Positions 46,022 through 54,499 of a stretch of 64,000 bases of DNA are shown here, piece after piece. Position 1 is the stretch's first letter. Each line of letters starts with the position of its first letter. The stretch covers positions 1 through 64,000 of the forward strand of contig CAWEYL010000004.1 in the NCBI GenBank assembly GCA_963813335.1, given 5' to 3'. A program made the position numbers and the translations under genes. A model generated the notes under the pieces. It was not told the DNA's origin. It made no database searches and was given only the letters and a program-made list of their open reading frames with translations. Source of the DNA: an uncultured Chloroflexia bacterium (GTDB lineage Bacteria; Chloroflexota; Limnocylindria; Limnocylindrales; CSP1-4).

Positions 46022-47293
46022 TCAGATCAGGTGGTACCGCCGGGCGGCGGCAACGAGCTCGTCGCGAAGGTCGGGATGGGCGATCGCGATGAGGGCGATG
46101 GCCCGCTCGCGCAGGCTCTTGCCGAAGAGCTCCGCGACGCCCCACTCGGTGACGATCGTCCTGACATGGGCGCGTGTCGTCACGACCCCGGCGCCCTCCT
46201 TGAGCGTGGTGGCGATCCGCGAGACGGTGCCGCCGGCGGCGGTCGAGGGAAGCGCGATGATGGCCCGGCCCTCCGGCGCGAGGGCCGCGCCGCGGATGAA
46301 GTCCATCTGCCCGCCGACGCCTGAATACAGGTGGTGCCCGATCGAATCGGCCACGACCTGGCCGGTCAGGTCCACCTCGATCGCCGAGTTGATCGCCACC
46401 ATCCGCCGGAAGGAGCGGATGACGTGCGTGTCGTTCGTGAAGTCGACCGAGCGCATCTCGACCATCGGGTTGTCGTCCACGAAGTCGTACAGCCGCCGCG
46501 AGCCCATCATGAACGCGGTCACGATCTTGCCGCGGTTGCGATCCTTGCGGGCCCCGGTGACCACCCCGGCCTCGACCAGGTCGACGACCGCGTCGGTGAA
46601 CATCTCGGTGTGGATCCCGAGGTCGCGCTTGCCGTGCAGCGCCATCGCCGTCGCGGCCGGGATCGCGCCGATCCCGAGTTGCAGCGTCGCGCCATCGGGG
46701 ACCAGTTCGGCGACATGCTCGCCGATCAGGCGCTCCACCTCCCCGATCGTGCCCGTGCCGTGCTCGTAGGGCGGCTGGTCGACCTCCACGGCGAGGTCGA
46801 TGTCGCTCACGTGGACGAAGCTCTCGCCCAGGGTCCGCGGCATCGAGCGGTTGAACTGCACGATGACCGTCGTCGCAGCGCGGATCGCGGCGTGCATCGC
46901 CTCCACACTGGTGCCCAGCGAGCAGAAGCCATGGGCGTCGGGTGGGGTGGCGTTGACGAGGACGACGTCAAGGGGGATCGAGCCCGAATCGAACAGGTGC
47001 GGCACGTCGGACAGGAAGACCGGCACGTAGTCCGCCCGCCCCTCGTTCACGGCCGCACGGGCGTTCGGCCCGATGAACAGCGCGCGGTGGCGGAAATGGC
47101 CGGCCATCTCGGGCGCGAGATGCGGCCCGGGGCCTTCGACATGGAGGTGGACCATCCCGACGTCGTGCAGCTCGGGTGCACGCGCCACGAGGGCGTCGAG
47201 CAGCACGGACGGGGTCGCCGCCGCGCAATGCACGTAGACCTGGTCGCCGGAACGGACCGAGGCGACCGCCTCCGCCGCCGATACGATGCGCAT
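46022..47293 (-). CDS. acetyl-CoA hydrolase/transferase (4-hydroxybutyrate CoA-transferase-like)
   Basis: DGATLQLGIG, HTEM, SGVGGQMDF, VTEWG, IAHP. Confidence 0.92.
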   Translation of the reverse strand: MRIVSAAEAVASVRSGDQVYVHCAAATPSVLLDALVARAPELHDVGMVHLHVEGPGPHLAPEMAGHFRHRALFIGPNARAAVNEGRADYVPVFLSDVPHLFDSGSIPLDVVLVNATPPDAHGFCSLGTSVEAMHAAIRAATTVIVQFNRSMPRTLGESFVHVSDIDLAVEVDQPPYEHGTGTIGEVERLIGEHVAELVPDGATLQLGIGAIPAATAMALHGKRDLGIHTEMFTDAVVDLVEAGVVTGARKDRNRGKIVTAFMMGSRRLYDFVDDNPMVEMRSVDFTNDTHVIRSFRRMVAINSAIEVDLTGQVVADSIGHHLYSGVGGQMDFIRGAALAPEGRAIIALPSTAAGGTVSRIATTLKEGAGVVTTRAHVRTIVTEWGVAELFGKSLRERAIALIAIAHPDLRDELVAAARRYHLI

Positions 47294-47302
47294 CCGGGAA
47301 GC

Positions 47303-48257
47303 CTACGCGGGCGTGACCGCCTCCATCGGCTCGTTGGACATGCGCTCACCTCCCGGGAATGTCGGGGTCGGTCGGACGATCAGCACGGACATCGGCGCGT
47401 GGTGCAGCACGGTCCGGGCCGTGCTGCCGAGCAGCAGGCGCCGGAGCAGGCCGTGGCCGCGCGTCCCGACCACGATGAGGTCGGCGGCCCACGATTTCGG
47501 CCTCGGCGATGATCTCGACCGCGGCCGGGCCTTCGCGGACCACCGACCGAGCCTCCATCCCCTCGGCCCGCAGGCGGCGGACCGCCTCGGCGGCGACGGC
47601 CTGGCCGTGCGCGCCGGCCTCGCCCACGACCGACGTATAGACGTCGCTCGCCATCATGCCTTCGCCCGGCGACATCCCGAGCCACCACGCCGCGGGGACG
47701 TCGGTCACGCTCAGGACCCGCGCTCCGGCGGCATCGAAGAGACCCGAGGCGGCGACGAAGGACGCCCCGAGAGCGGCGTCGGGCGAGCCGTCGGTGGCGA
47801 TGAGGACGCGCCATGCCGTCGGCCGGCGGGCGACGAGGACCGGGCAGTGCGCGTGGTCCACGACCTCGGCCGAGACGGACCCGAGGAAGACCCGCTCGAA
47901 GGTCCCGTGCCCGCGGGCGCCCACGATGACCAGCTCGGAAGCGACGCGCTCGGCCTCCTCGACGATCACCGAGGCCGCGCGGCCGTCGAGCACGCGCCCG
48001 ACGACGCCCAGGCCCGGCCGTCGCATCCGCTCGACGGCGGCGTCGACCAGCTGCCGGTACTCGTCGAGCAGGCGCTCGCGGACGTTCGGATCCTGCGTGT
48101 AGACGCCCGCTGCGAACGGGCCGCCGAACACCTCGACGTCGGTCGGGACGACACTGATGATCTCGAGGCGGGAATCGGGCGGCCACGTCAGGCTGGCCGC
48201 GGTCTCGAGCGCCACCGCGGATTCGTGGGAGCCATCGATCGCGAGCAGGGCCTTCAT
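47303..48257 (-). pseudogene. tandem-domain universal stress protein with a +1 frameshift near 47495
   Basis: removing one T from TTT (47495-47497) restores ..[35 protein letters not shown]..; AGGAGG RBS. Confidence 0.8.
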
Positions 48258-48308
48258 GGTCGGGCCTCCTTCTGCGTCGATGCTGGGCCGCTGCCGAGGG
48301 ATCCGCAC

Positions 48309-48345
48309 GTGCCAGCGGACCCGATCCGTCGGTGACCGACGGCCC
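48309..48345. promoter_or_regulatory. paired DosR-like boxes
   Basis: GTGCCAGCGGACCC (48309) and GTGACCGACGGCCC (48332); CAGCAT on the minus strand, 23 nt away. Confidence 0.6.
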
Positions 48346-48372
48346 GTCCGGGCGCGCGATCGGCGGTCCCGG

Positions 48373-49059
48373 TCAGGCCTGGGCGCTGAGGGCCAGCAGC
48401 CGCGCCCCGGCAGCCCAGTCATCGGGCGCGTCGACGCGGAGCCGGCCCGCCTCGTGGCGGATCAGCCGTCCGAGCTCGGTGTCGGTGCTCGACGCGCGGC
48501 CCGCCCGACGGCGGTGCTCCGCGTCGCGGATGAACGCGGCGTAGCGGGTGGTCGGGGTCGCGTCGGCGACGGCCGCCTCGAACCCGGGCCGGTAGTCGAC
48601 GGCGACCATCAGCCGCCCGAAGAACGCGCCGACCAGGTCGGCGCCGGCATCCCAGCCCTGCGAATGGCCGCCGCGCCGCAGCAGCGGCGCCGGTGAGGTG
48701 AAGGCCACGACGATGGCATCGTCCACCATGGCGGCGTCGAGCCGCCCGCCGAAGGTCAGGTACTCGTTGGTGACCCGGAGCCGGTCGACCAGCCGGATCA
48801 TCCCCCAGGAGAACTCCTCGGAGAGGGGCATCGACGTCGCCCGCGACAGTTCGCGCCGCTCGCCGCGGCCGTCGCGCGACACCCAGTACTCGATGCTCTC
48901 GGGGTCGTAGTGCCGGAGCGTCGGCGCCGCGCGCAACGCCACCAGCAGGTATGCCGGCCCGGGCCGGTCCGGGAGGTCCGGGTTCGCGAGGAACCCCCAT
49001 TCGGCGATCCGCGTCGCCGGATCCAGGGGATCGCGGGTGATCGTGCCGTCGGACTGCAT
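48373..49059 (-). CDS. hypothetical protein
   Basis: GC3-biased ORF of globular composition downstream of the hemerythrin gene; no family recognised. Confidence 0.7.
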   Translation of the reverse strand: MQSDGTITRDPLDPATRIAEWGFLANPDLPDRPGPAYLLVALRAAPTLRHYDPESIEYWVSRDGRGERRELSRATSMPLSEEFSWGMIRLVDRLRVTNEYLTFGGRLDAAMVDDAIVVAFTSPAPLLRRGGHSQGWDAGADLVGAFFGRLMVAVDYRPGFEAAVADATPTTRYAAFIRDAEHRRRAGRASSTDTELGRLIRHEAGRLRVDAPDDWAAGARLLALSAQA

Positions 49060-49108
49060 CTGGTGGCCGCCTCTCTCGCCCATGCCGGGGTCGTCGGTCC
49101 GTTCCGCC

Positions 49109-49561
49109 TCAGTCCGGTCCGAGGAGCGGCAGCAGGAACTGCTCCTCGCGCTCGAGGTGGGCGCGCAGCAGCGCCTCGATCGCGAACAGGTCGCAGCGGG
49201 TATCGGCGGTGGCATCGCGCTCGGGACCGTGCGTCAGGCGGATGCGGTCGGACGCCAGGGCCTCGGCCCGGTGCGCGATCTGGCGGTGGTCGAACCGGAC
49301 GAGCCGGGCCAGCCACGGCGTGTGGGCGCGGTGGTCGACCTGCGGCAGGAGCCAGGTCTCCTCCCAGAGCATGTGGGGCTTCAGGACGTGCTCGATCCAG
49401 TGGCTGATCTCCAGGACCCGGCTCGACATCCGGTCGGCGGGCAGGGAGGCCAGCTCGCAGGCGGTCGTATGGATGTGCTCGATCCCGGCGGCGAGGTCGT
49501 GGTGCTCATGCTGGACGAAGGAGCGCATGACCTCCTCACCGGTCGTGCTCGTGCGCGTCAT
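49109..49561 (-). CDS. hemerythrin domain protein
   Basis: EH, H...EE, DH, H...EE pattern; GGAG RBS. Confidence 0.8.
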   Translation of the reverse strand: MTRTSTTGEEVMRSFVQHEHHDLAAGIEHIHTTACELASLPADRMSSRVLEISHWIEHVLKPHMLWEETWLLPQVDHRAHTPWLARLVRFDHRQIAHRAEALASDRIRLTHGPERDATADTRCDLFAIEALLRAHLEREEQFLLPLLGPD

Positions 49562-49623
49562 GTCTCCGACCTCCTGCGAGTGGTGTCGCCCGTACCGTCG
49601 ACCCGAGTGGGCGGCCCGCGCCA

Positions 49624-49709
49624 GTGCCGCCCGGCACGTCCTCCGAGGTCTTGCCGGCCCCTCCTCCAATACGGGCCGGGCGGCGTGGCTGGATCGTGAC
49701 TTCCGGCCC
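49624..49709. promoter_or_regulatory. four DosR-like boxes in a divergent promoter
   Basis: GTGCCGCCCGGCAC (49624), GGTCTTGCCGGCCC (49647), GGGCCGGGCGGCGT (49673), GTGACTTCCGGCCC (49696); CAGGAT at 49733. Confidence 0.65.
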
Positions 49710-49759
49710 GGGTCCGTGGCCGCCGGCGCGTCCAGGATCAGGTCAAGGAGGTCGATGAC

Positions 49760-49999
49760 ATGCAGTCCGACCGCGCCGGCACGGCGCGACGGCCACGGAA
49801 CGAACGGGTGCTCGCGGTGGAGGCCGGCCAGGTCATCTGCCCACGCCAAGGCTTCGTCGATATCGAGACGTGCTGGCGCTGCCCGTCCTACAAGGGCCTG
49901 AGCACGGAACAGTTCGAAGGCGTGGTCTGCGCGACGATCTCCGGCCTCCGACTTGACGACTTCCCCCTGCTAGGTGACGAGCCATGGACGAACCGCTGA
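49760..49999 (+). CDS. small four-Cys hypothetical protein
   Basis: AAGGAGGT RBS; CP-x9-CxxCP-x14-C. Confidence 0.7.
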   Translation: MQSDRAGTARRPRNERVLAVEAGQVICPRQGFVDIETCWRCPSYKGLSTEQFEGVVCATISGLRLDDFPLLGDEPWTNR

Positions 50000-50397
50000 A
50001 CCTGGTCCTCTTCTCGGGGACCGACGACAAGCTGCAGGCCGCGGCCGTCCTGACGGCCGGTGCCGCGGCGCTCGGCAAGCCCGTCAACATCTTCCTGCAG
50101 TACTGGGCGCTCGACGCCTTCCGGGCCGACCGGATCGCCCGCGACCACGGCCTGGCCCCCGAGGCGGGCGACGCGGGTCGCGCCGCCGTCGACGCCCTGG
50201 CGCGGGCGGGGCAGGCGCCGTGGGCGGACACGCTGCGCCAGGCCAAGGAACTCGGCGAAGTCGACATCCAGGCCTGCTCGCTGTCCATGGACCTGCTGAC
50301 CCTCCGACAGGCCGACCTCGACCCGCTCGTCGACGGGGTGGAGGGCGTGACGTCCTTCTACCTCAACGCCGGCGACGGCCAGGTCGTCTTCATCTGA
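49984..50397 (+). CDS. DsrE/DsrF/DrsH-like sulfur-transfer protein
   Basis: LFSG..DK, IF...W.L, ACSLSMD. Confidence 0.8.
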   Translation: MDEPLNLVLFSGTDDKLQAAAVLTAGAAALGKPVNIFLQYWALDAFRADRIARDHGLAPEAGDAGRAAVDALARAGQAPWADTLRQAKELGEVDIQACSLSMDLLTLRQADLDPLVDGVEGVTSFYLNAGDGQVVFI

Positions 50398-50422
50398 TCG
50401 CGCCCGAACGAAGGAGCCGGAC

Positions 50423-50659
50423 ATGCCAGTCATCGAGATCAGCCAGACCATCGACGCTCGGGGCCTGTCGTGCCCGCTGCCGATCGTACGGACCGCCCAG
50501 GCCATGAAGGCGCTGGCTTCCGGAACGACCGTGGAGCTGCTCGCGACCGACCACGGGTCGATCAAGGACGTCGCCGCCTGGTGCCAGGCGACCGGCAACG
50601 CCCTCCTCGAACAGACATCGGATGGAGCGGTCTACCGCTTCGTCATCCGCAGGAAGTGA
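50423..50659 (+). CDS. tusA: TusA family sulfurtransferase
   Basis: DARGLSCPLP, ATD.GS..D. Confidence 0.9.
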   Translation: MPVIEISQTIDARGLSCPLPIVRTAQAMKALASGTTVELLATDHGSIKDVAAWCQATGNALLEQTSDGAVYRFVIRRK

Positions 50660-50666
50660 GGATCCC

Positions 50667-51260
50667 ATGACCACCGAGACCCCGACCCGCCTCGACCCGC
50701 TCGCCGACGCGATCGCGGCCGTCGAGGGCGTGGCGGAACTCGAGGACCTGCCCCTCCCGGCCATGGACGCCGAGGGCGAGGTCAGGCCCCGCGAGGTGCT
50801 CATCATCGACTACAGCGGCGACCTCGAGAAGGTCTGGGCCACCATGATCCTCGCCTCGACCAGCGCCGCCATGGGGGTCAAGACCCGCGTCTTCGTGACC
50901 TTCTGGGGCCTGCAGGTCTTCGTCAAGGATTCGAAGCGCATCACCGGCGAGAACTGGATGCAGCGGATGCTGTCCGCGATGCAGCGCCCCGGTATCAGCC
51001 ACCGCAAGCTCTCGAAGATGAACTTCTTCGGCATGGGCCCGTGGATGATGGGCCGCCTGGCCCGCCAGTACGGCGTCGCCAGCCCGAAGGAGCTCCTCGA
51101 GGCCGCCCAGGAGCTGGGCGTCGAGTTCATCCCGTGCCAGATGACCATGGACATGTTCGGGCTGAAGCCCGAGGACATGATCGACGGCATGGGCGAGCCG
51201 GTCGGGGCGGCAACGGTCATCGGCATGATGACCGGCGACTCCGTCCCCCTGTTCATCTAG
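50667..51260 (+). CDS. DsrE2/DrsH-like protein
   Basis: SGDLEK, FVTFWGL, LSKMNF.GMG, CQMTMD. Confidence 0.85.
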   Translation: MTTETPTRLDPLADAIAAVEGVAELEDLPLPAMDAEGEVRPREVLIIDYSGDLEKVWATMILASTSAAMGVKTRVFVTFWGLQVFVKDSKRITGENWMQRMLSAMQRPGISHRKLSKMNFFGMGPWMMGRLARQYGVASPKELLEAAQELGVEFIPCQMTMDMFGLKPEDMIDGMGEPVGAATVIGMMTGDSVPLFI

Positions 51261-51274
51261 GAAGCGTGACCGCC

Positions 51275-51520
51275 ATGACCGAGACCGCCGTCACCATCAC
51301 CCGCACCATCGACGCTCGCGGCAGCTTCTGCCCCGGGCCGTTGATGGAGCTCATCCGGGCCATCCGCGAGGGAGCCGTCGGCGACGTCATCGCCGTCTAC
51401 TCCTCCGACCAGGGCTCGAAGACCGACATCCCCAAGTGGATCGAGAAGGCCGGGCACCGCCTGGTCGCGCTGGAGGCCCGCCAGGGCTACGACGAGATCG
51501 TCGTCGAGAAGCTGCGGTAG
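51275..51520 (+). CDS. tusA: TusA family sulfurtransferase
   Basis: DARGSFCPGP, SSDQGS..DIP.W. Confidence 0.88.
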   Translation: MTETAVTITRTIDARGSFCPGPLMELIRAIREGAVGDVIAVYSSDQGSKTDIPKWIEKAGHRLVALEARQGYDEIVVEKLR

Positions 51521-51528
51521 GGCCCGAG

Positions 51529-52686
51529 ATGCAGCGGATCCTCATCCTCGGTGGCGGCGTCGGGGGGACGCTCACCGCGAACCTGCTGGTGAAGAAGCTT
51601 CGGGCGCGGATCGACAGCGGCGCCGTCGACGTCATGGTGGTCGATTCGACCGGCGAGCACGTCTACCAGCCCGGGTTCATGTACATCGCCATGGGCGGCG
51701 AGCGGGCCGCGAACCTGCATCGGCCGGAGCGCTCGCTGCTCGACAAGCGGGTGTCGCTCGTCGTCGGCGAGGTCGCCGCGATCGATGAGGCCCGCCGCGT
51801 CGTCACCCTGAAGGACGGGCTGCCGCTCGGCTACGACCAGCTGGTGCTGGCGACCGGCTCGCGCATCGTGCCCGAGGCGATCGAGCACTTCGACGAGGAA
51901 GCCCACCACTTCTACACGGCCGAGGCGGCCGCGGAGCTGCGCGCGGCGCTCGACGAGTTCGACGGGGGCCGCATCGTCATCGGCATCGCCGGGATGCCCT
52001 ACAAGTGCCCGCCGGCGCCCCTCGAGGTCGCGTTCCTGATCGAGGCCGAGCTGCGCGAGCGGGGGATCCGCAAGCGCTCCACGATCGACTTCTGCTCGCC
52101 GATCGGGCGGGCGTTCACCATCGAGAGCGTCTCCGAGATGGCCACGCCGATCCTGGCCGAGAAGGGCATCGAGCTGCACACGTTCTTCAATGTCGAGTCG
52201 ATCGACCCCGAGCGCAAGGTGGTCGAGAGCCTCGAGGGCGAGGAGCTGCCGTACGACCTGCTCATCCTCGTCCCGCCGCACAAGGGCCAGCAGTTCCTCA
52301 TGGACTCCGGGCTGGCGCCCGCCCCCGGAGGCTGGCTGCCGACGGACCGCGCCACGCTCCAGGTGGGCGGGCGGCCCGACGTGTACGCCCTCGGCGACGC
52401 GACGGACCTGCCGCTGTCCAAGGCCGGCTCCACGGCCCACTTCGAGGCCCCCGTCGTGACCGAGCGGATCGTGGCGGCGATCGAGGGGCGCGCCGTGGAC
52501 CACGCCCGCGGCGACTACATGGGCAAGGTCATGTGCTTCTTCGAGATCGGCGACGGGAAGGGCACCCTCCTCCAGTTCGACTACGACCATCCGCCCCGCC
52601 CGCCCAAGCCGAATCGGCTGTGGCACCTCGGCAAGATCGTCTTCAACAAGACCTACTGGCACACCGTGCCGAAGGGCCGGGTCTAG
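51529..52686 (+). CDS. sqr: sulfide:quinone oxidoreductase-like flavoprotein (type III-like)
   Basis: GGGVGG, HVYQPG, YKCPPAPLE, GDAT, KAGS.AH, G.V.CF. Confidence 0.8.
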   Translation: MQRILILGGGVGGTLTANLLVKKLRARIDSGAVDVMVVDSTGEHVYQPGFMYIAMGGERAANLHRPERSLLDKRVSLVVGEVAAIDEARRVVTLKDGLPLGYDQLVLATGSRIVPEAIEHFDEEAHHFYTAEAAAELRAALDEFDGGRIVIGIAGMPYKCPPAPLEVAFLIEAELRERGIRKRSTIDFCSPIGRAFTIESVSEMATPILAEKGIELHTFFNVESIDPERKVVESLEGEELPYDLLILVPPHKGQQFLMDSGLAPAPGGWLPTDRATLQVGGRPDVYALGDATDLPLSKAGSTAHFEAPVVTERIVAAIEGRAVDHARGDYMGKVMCFFEIGDGKGTLLQFDYDHPPRPPKPNRLWHLGKIVFNKTYWHTVPKGRV

Positions 52687-52912
52687 CCCCGGCGCCGCCG
52701 TCGCGCAGGCCGCGCTGATGGCGGCCGTCCCATTCCGGGGGCCTGCCGCTACCGGCTAGCGGTCTGTCCCGGTCCGCGCGCGACCGCGCGGATGTGTCCC
52801 CCATCGCGGTGGGGATTCACCGTATGCTCCTCCCTCGGCGCTCCGCCTCCCGCGGCGCGCCCCGGCGCCCCGAGCGGGCCGGACCGCGAGACAGCTTCCG
52901 GGGAGCAACCAG

Positions 52913-54463
52913 ATGCCGACCTCCGACGCACGGGTGACGCGGGCGACCGCGGGCTTCGATCCGCTTCCTTCACGAGCCAGGTCGGCGGGATCGCGCATCG
53001 CCGTCGCGGCCGCGGCCCCGCCCGACACCGAGGCTCTCGGGATCCCGGTCGCGTCGAGCGGCGAGGTGCCGTCGATCATCGGCGTCGACCGCGAGCGGCT
53101 GCTCGAGAGCGGCTTCAGCGGGGCCCTCGGCCAGACGCTCGCCCTGCCCCACGCCGAGCGGCCCGTCGTGGTCGCGGTCGGGGTCGGCGAACCGGGGACC
53201 CTCGACGGCGCCGGCCTGCGCGACGCGGCCGCCGCGTTCGCCCGGGCCGCCGCCCGGGACGGCGTCCTCGCCACGACCCTCGCCGAGGTCGCCGAGGTCG
53301 GGCCGGAGGAGGCCGGTCAGGCCGTCGTCGAAGGCGTCCTCATGGCCCGCTATCGCTACCGCGCGTTCGCGGACCGGCCCGGGGAGGCGCCGCTGACCGG
53401 GCTGACCCTGGTGGCCGGCGCGAAGCGGGGGGCCATCAGCGCCGGTGCCGAGCGCGGACGGGTGCTGGCCGAAGCCGTCCAGGTGGCCCGCGACCTGGCG
53501 AACACCCCGGCCACGCACCTGACCGCGACCCGCATGGCCGAGGTCGCGATGGTCCTCGGCGCGGAGACCGGCCTGACGGTGGAGGTGTTCGACAACGCCG
53601 CCCTCACGGCGCTCGGCTGCGGTGGGCTCCTCGGCGTGAACCAGGGCAGCGACGAGCCCGCCCGCATGGTCAAGCTGACCTACACGCCGCGGAAGCGCGA
53701 CGGCTCGCCGGCCAGGCCGAAGGGCCACCTCGCGCTCGTCGGCAAGGGGATCATGTACGACGCGGGCGGCATCAGCCTCAAGCCGTCGGACGCGATGCAC
53801 TTCGCGATGAAGCAGGACATGTCGGGTGCGGCTGCCGTCCTCGGCTCGATGATCACGCTCGCGCCGCTGGGCTGCAGGACGGCCGTCACCGGCTACCTGA
53901 TGTGCACGGACAACATGCCGTCGGGCAAGGCGATGCGCCTCGGCGACGTGCTCACCATCCGCGGCGGCAAGACGGTCGAGGTGTTCAACACGGATGCGGA
54001 GGGGCGCCTGGTCATGGCCGATGCCCTCGTCCTCGCGACCGAGCTCGATCCACGGCCCGACGCGGTCGTCACGATCGCCACCCTGACCGGCGCCGCCCTG
54101 CGGACCTTCGGGACCGCGCTCGCGGCCACGCTGGGCAATGACCCGGCACTCGTCGAGCAGCTCAAGGCAGCCGGGACCCGGACGGACGAGAACGTGTGGG
54201 AACTTCCGCTCGTGAAGCGCTATCGGCGCAAGCTCGATTCGGCGATCGCCGACATCAAGAACCTCGGCGGCGAGAACGCGGGCACCATCACCGCGGGTCT
54301 GTTCCTCGAGGAGTTCACCGGCGACATCCCGTTCGGCCACCTCGACATCTGCGGCCCGATGATGACCGACACCGACGACAGCTGGCGTTCGGTCGGGGCG
54401 ACGGCCTTCGGGACGCGCCTCCTCAGCGACCTCGCGATGCACTTCCAGCCGCCCCGCGGCTGA
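52913..54463 (+). CDS. M17 leucyl aminopeptidase
   Basis: VGKGI.YD.GG, MK.DM, NTDAEGRL, TLTGA, HLDI. Confidence 0.92.
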   Translation: MPTSDARVTRATAGFDPLPSRARSAGSRIAVAAAAPPDTEALGIPVASSGEVPSIIGVDRERLLESGFSGALGQTLALPHAERPVVVAVGVGEPGTLDGAGLRDAAAAFARAAARDGVLATTLAEVAEVGPEEAGQAVVEGVLMARYRYRAFADRPGEAPLTGLTLVAGAKRGAISAGAERGRVLAEAVQVARDLANTPATHLTATRMAEVAMVLGAETGLTVEVFDNAALTALGCGGLLGVNQGSDEPARMVKLTYTPRKRDGSPARPKGHLALVGKGIMYDAGGISLKPSDAMHFAMKQDMSGAAAVLGSMITLAPLGCRTAVTGYLMCTDNMPSGKAMRLGDVLTIRGGKTVEVFNTDAEGRLVMADALVLATELDPRPDAVVTIATLTGAALRTFGTALAATLGNDPALVEQLKAAGTRTDENVWELPLVKRYRRKLDSAIADIKNLGGENAGTITAGLFLEEFTGDIPFGHLDICGPMMTDTDDSWRSVGATAFGTRLLSDLAMHFQPPRG

Positions 54464-54499
54464 CGGCCCGACACCCGTAGCCCCGAGGGAGCCCGACCC

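Noticed and set aside
52687-52912. Possible riboswitch or ncRNA upstream of the peptidase
   Set aside because: Only generic GC-rich pairing was seen, with no recognisable aptamer; an Rfam cmscan would be needed.
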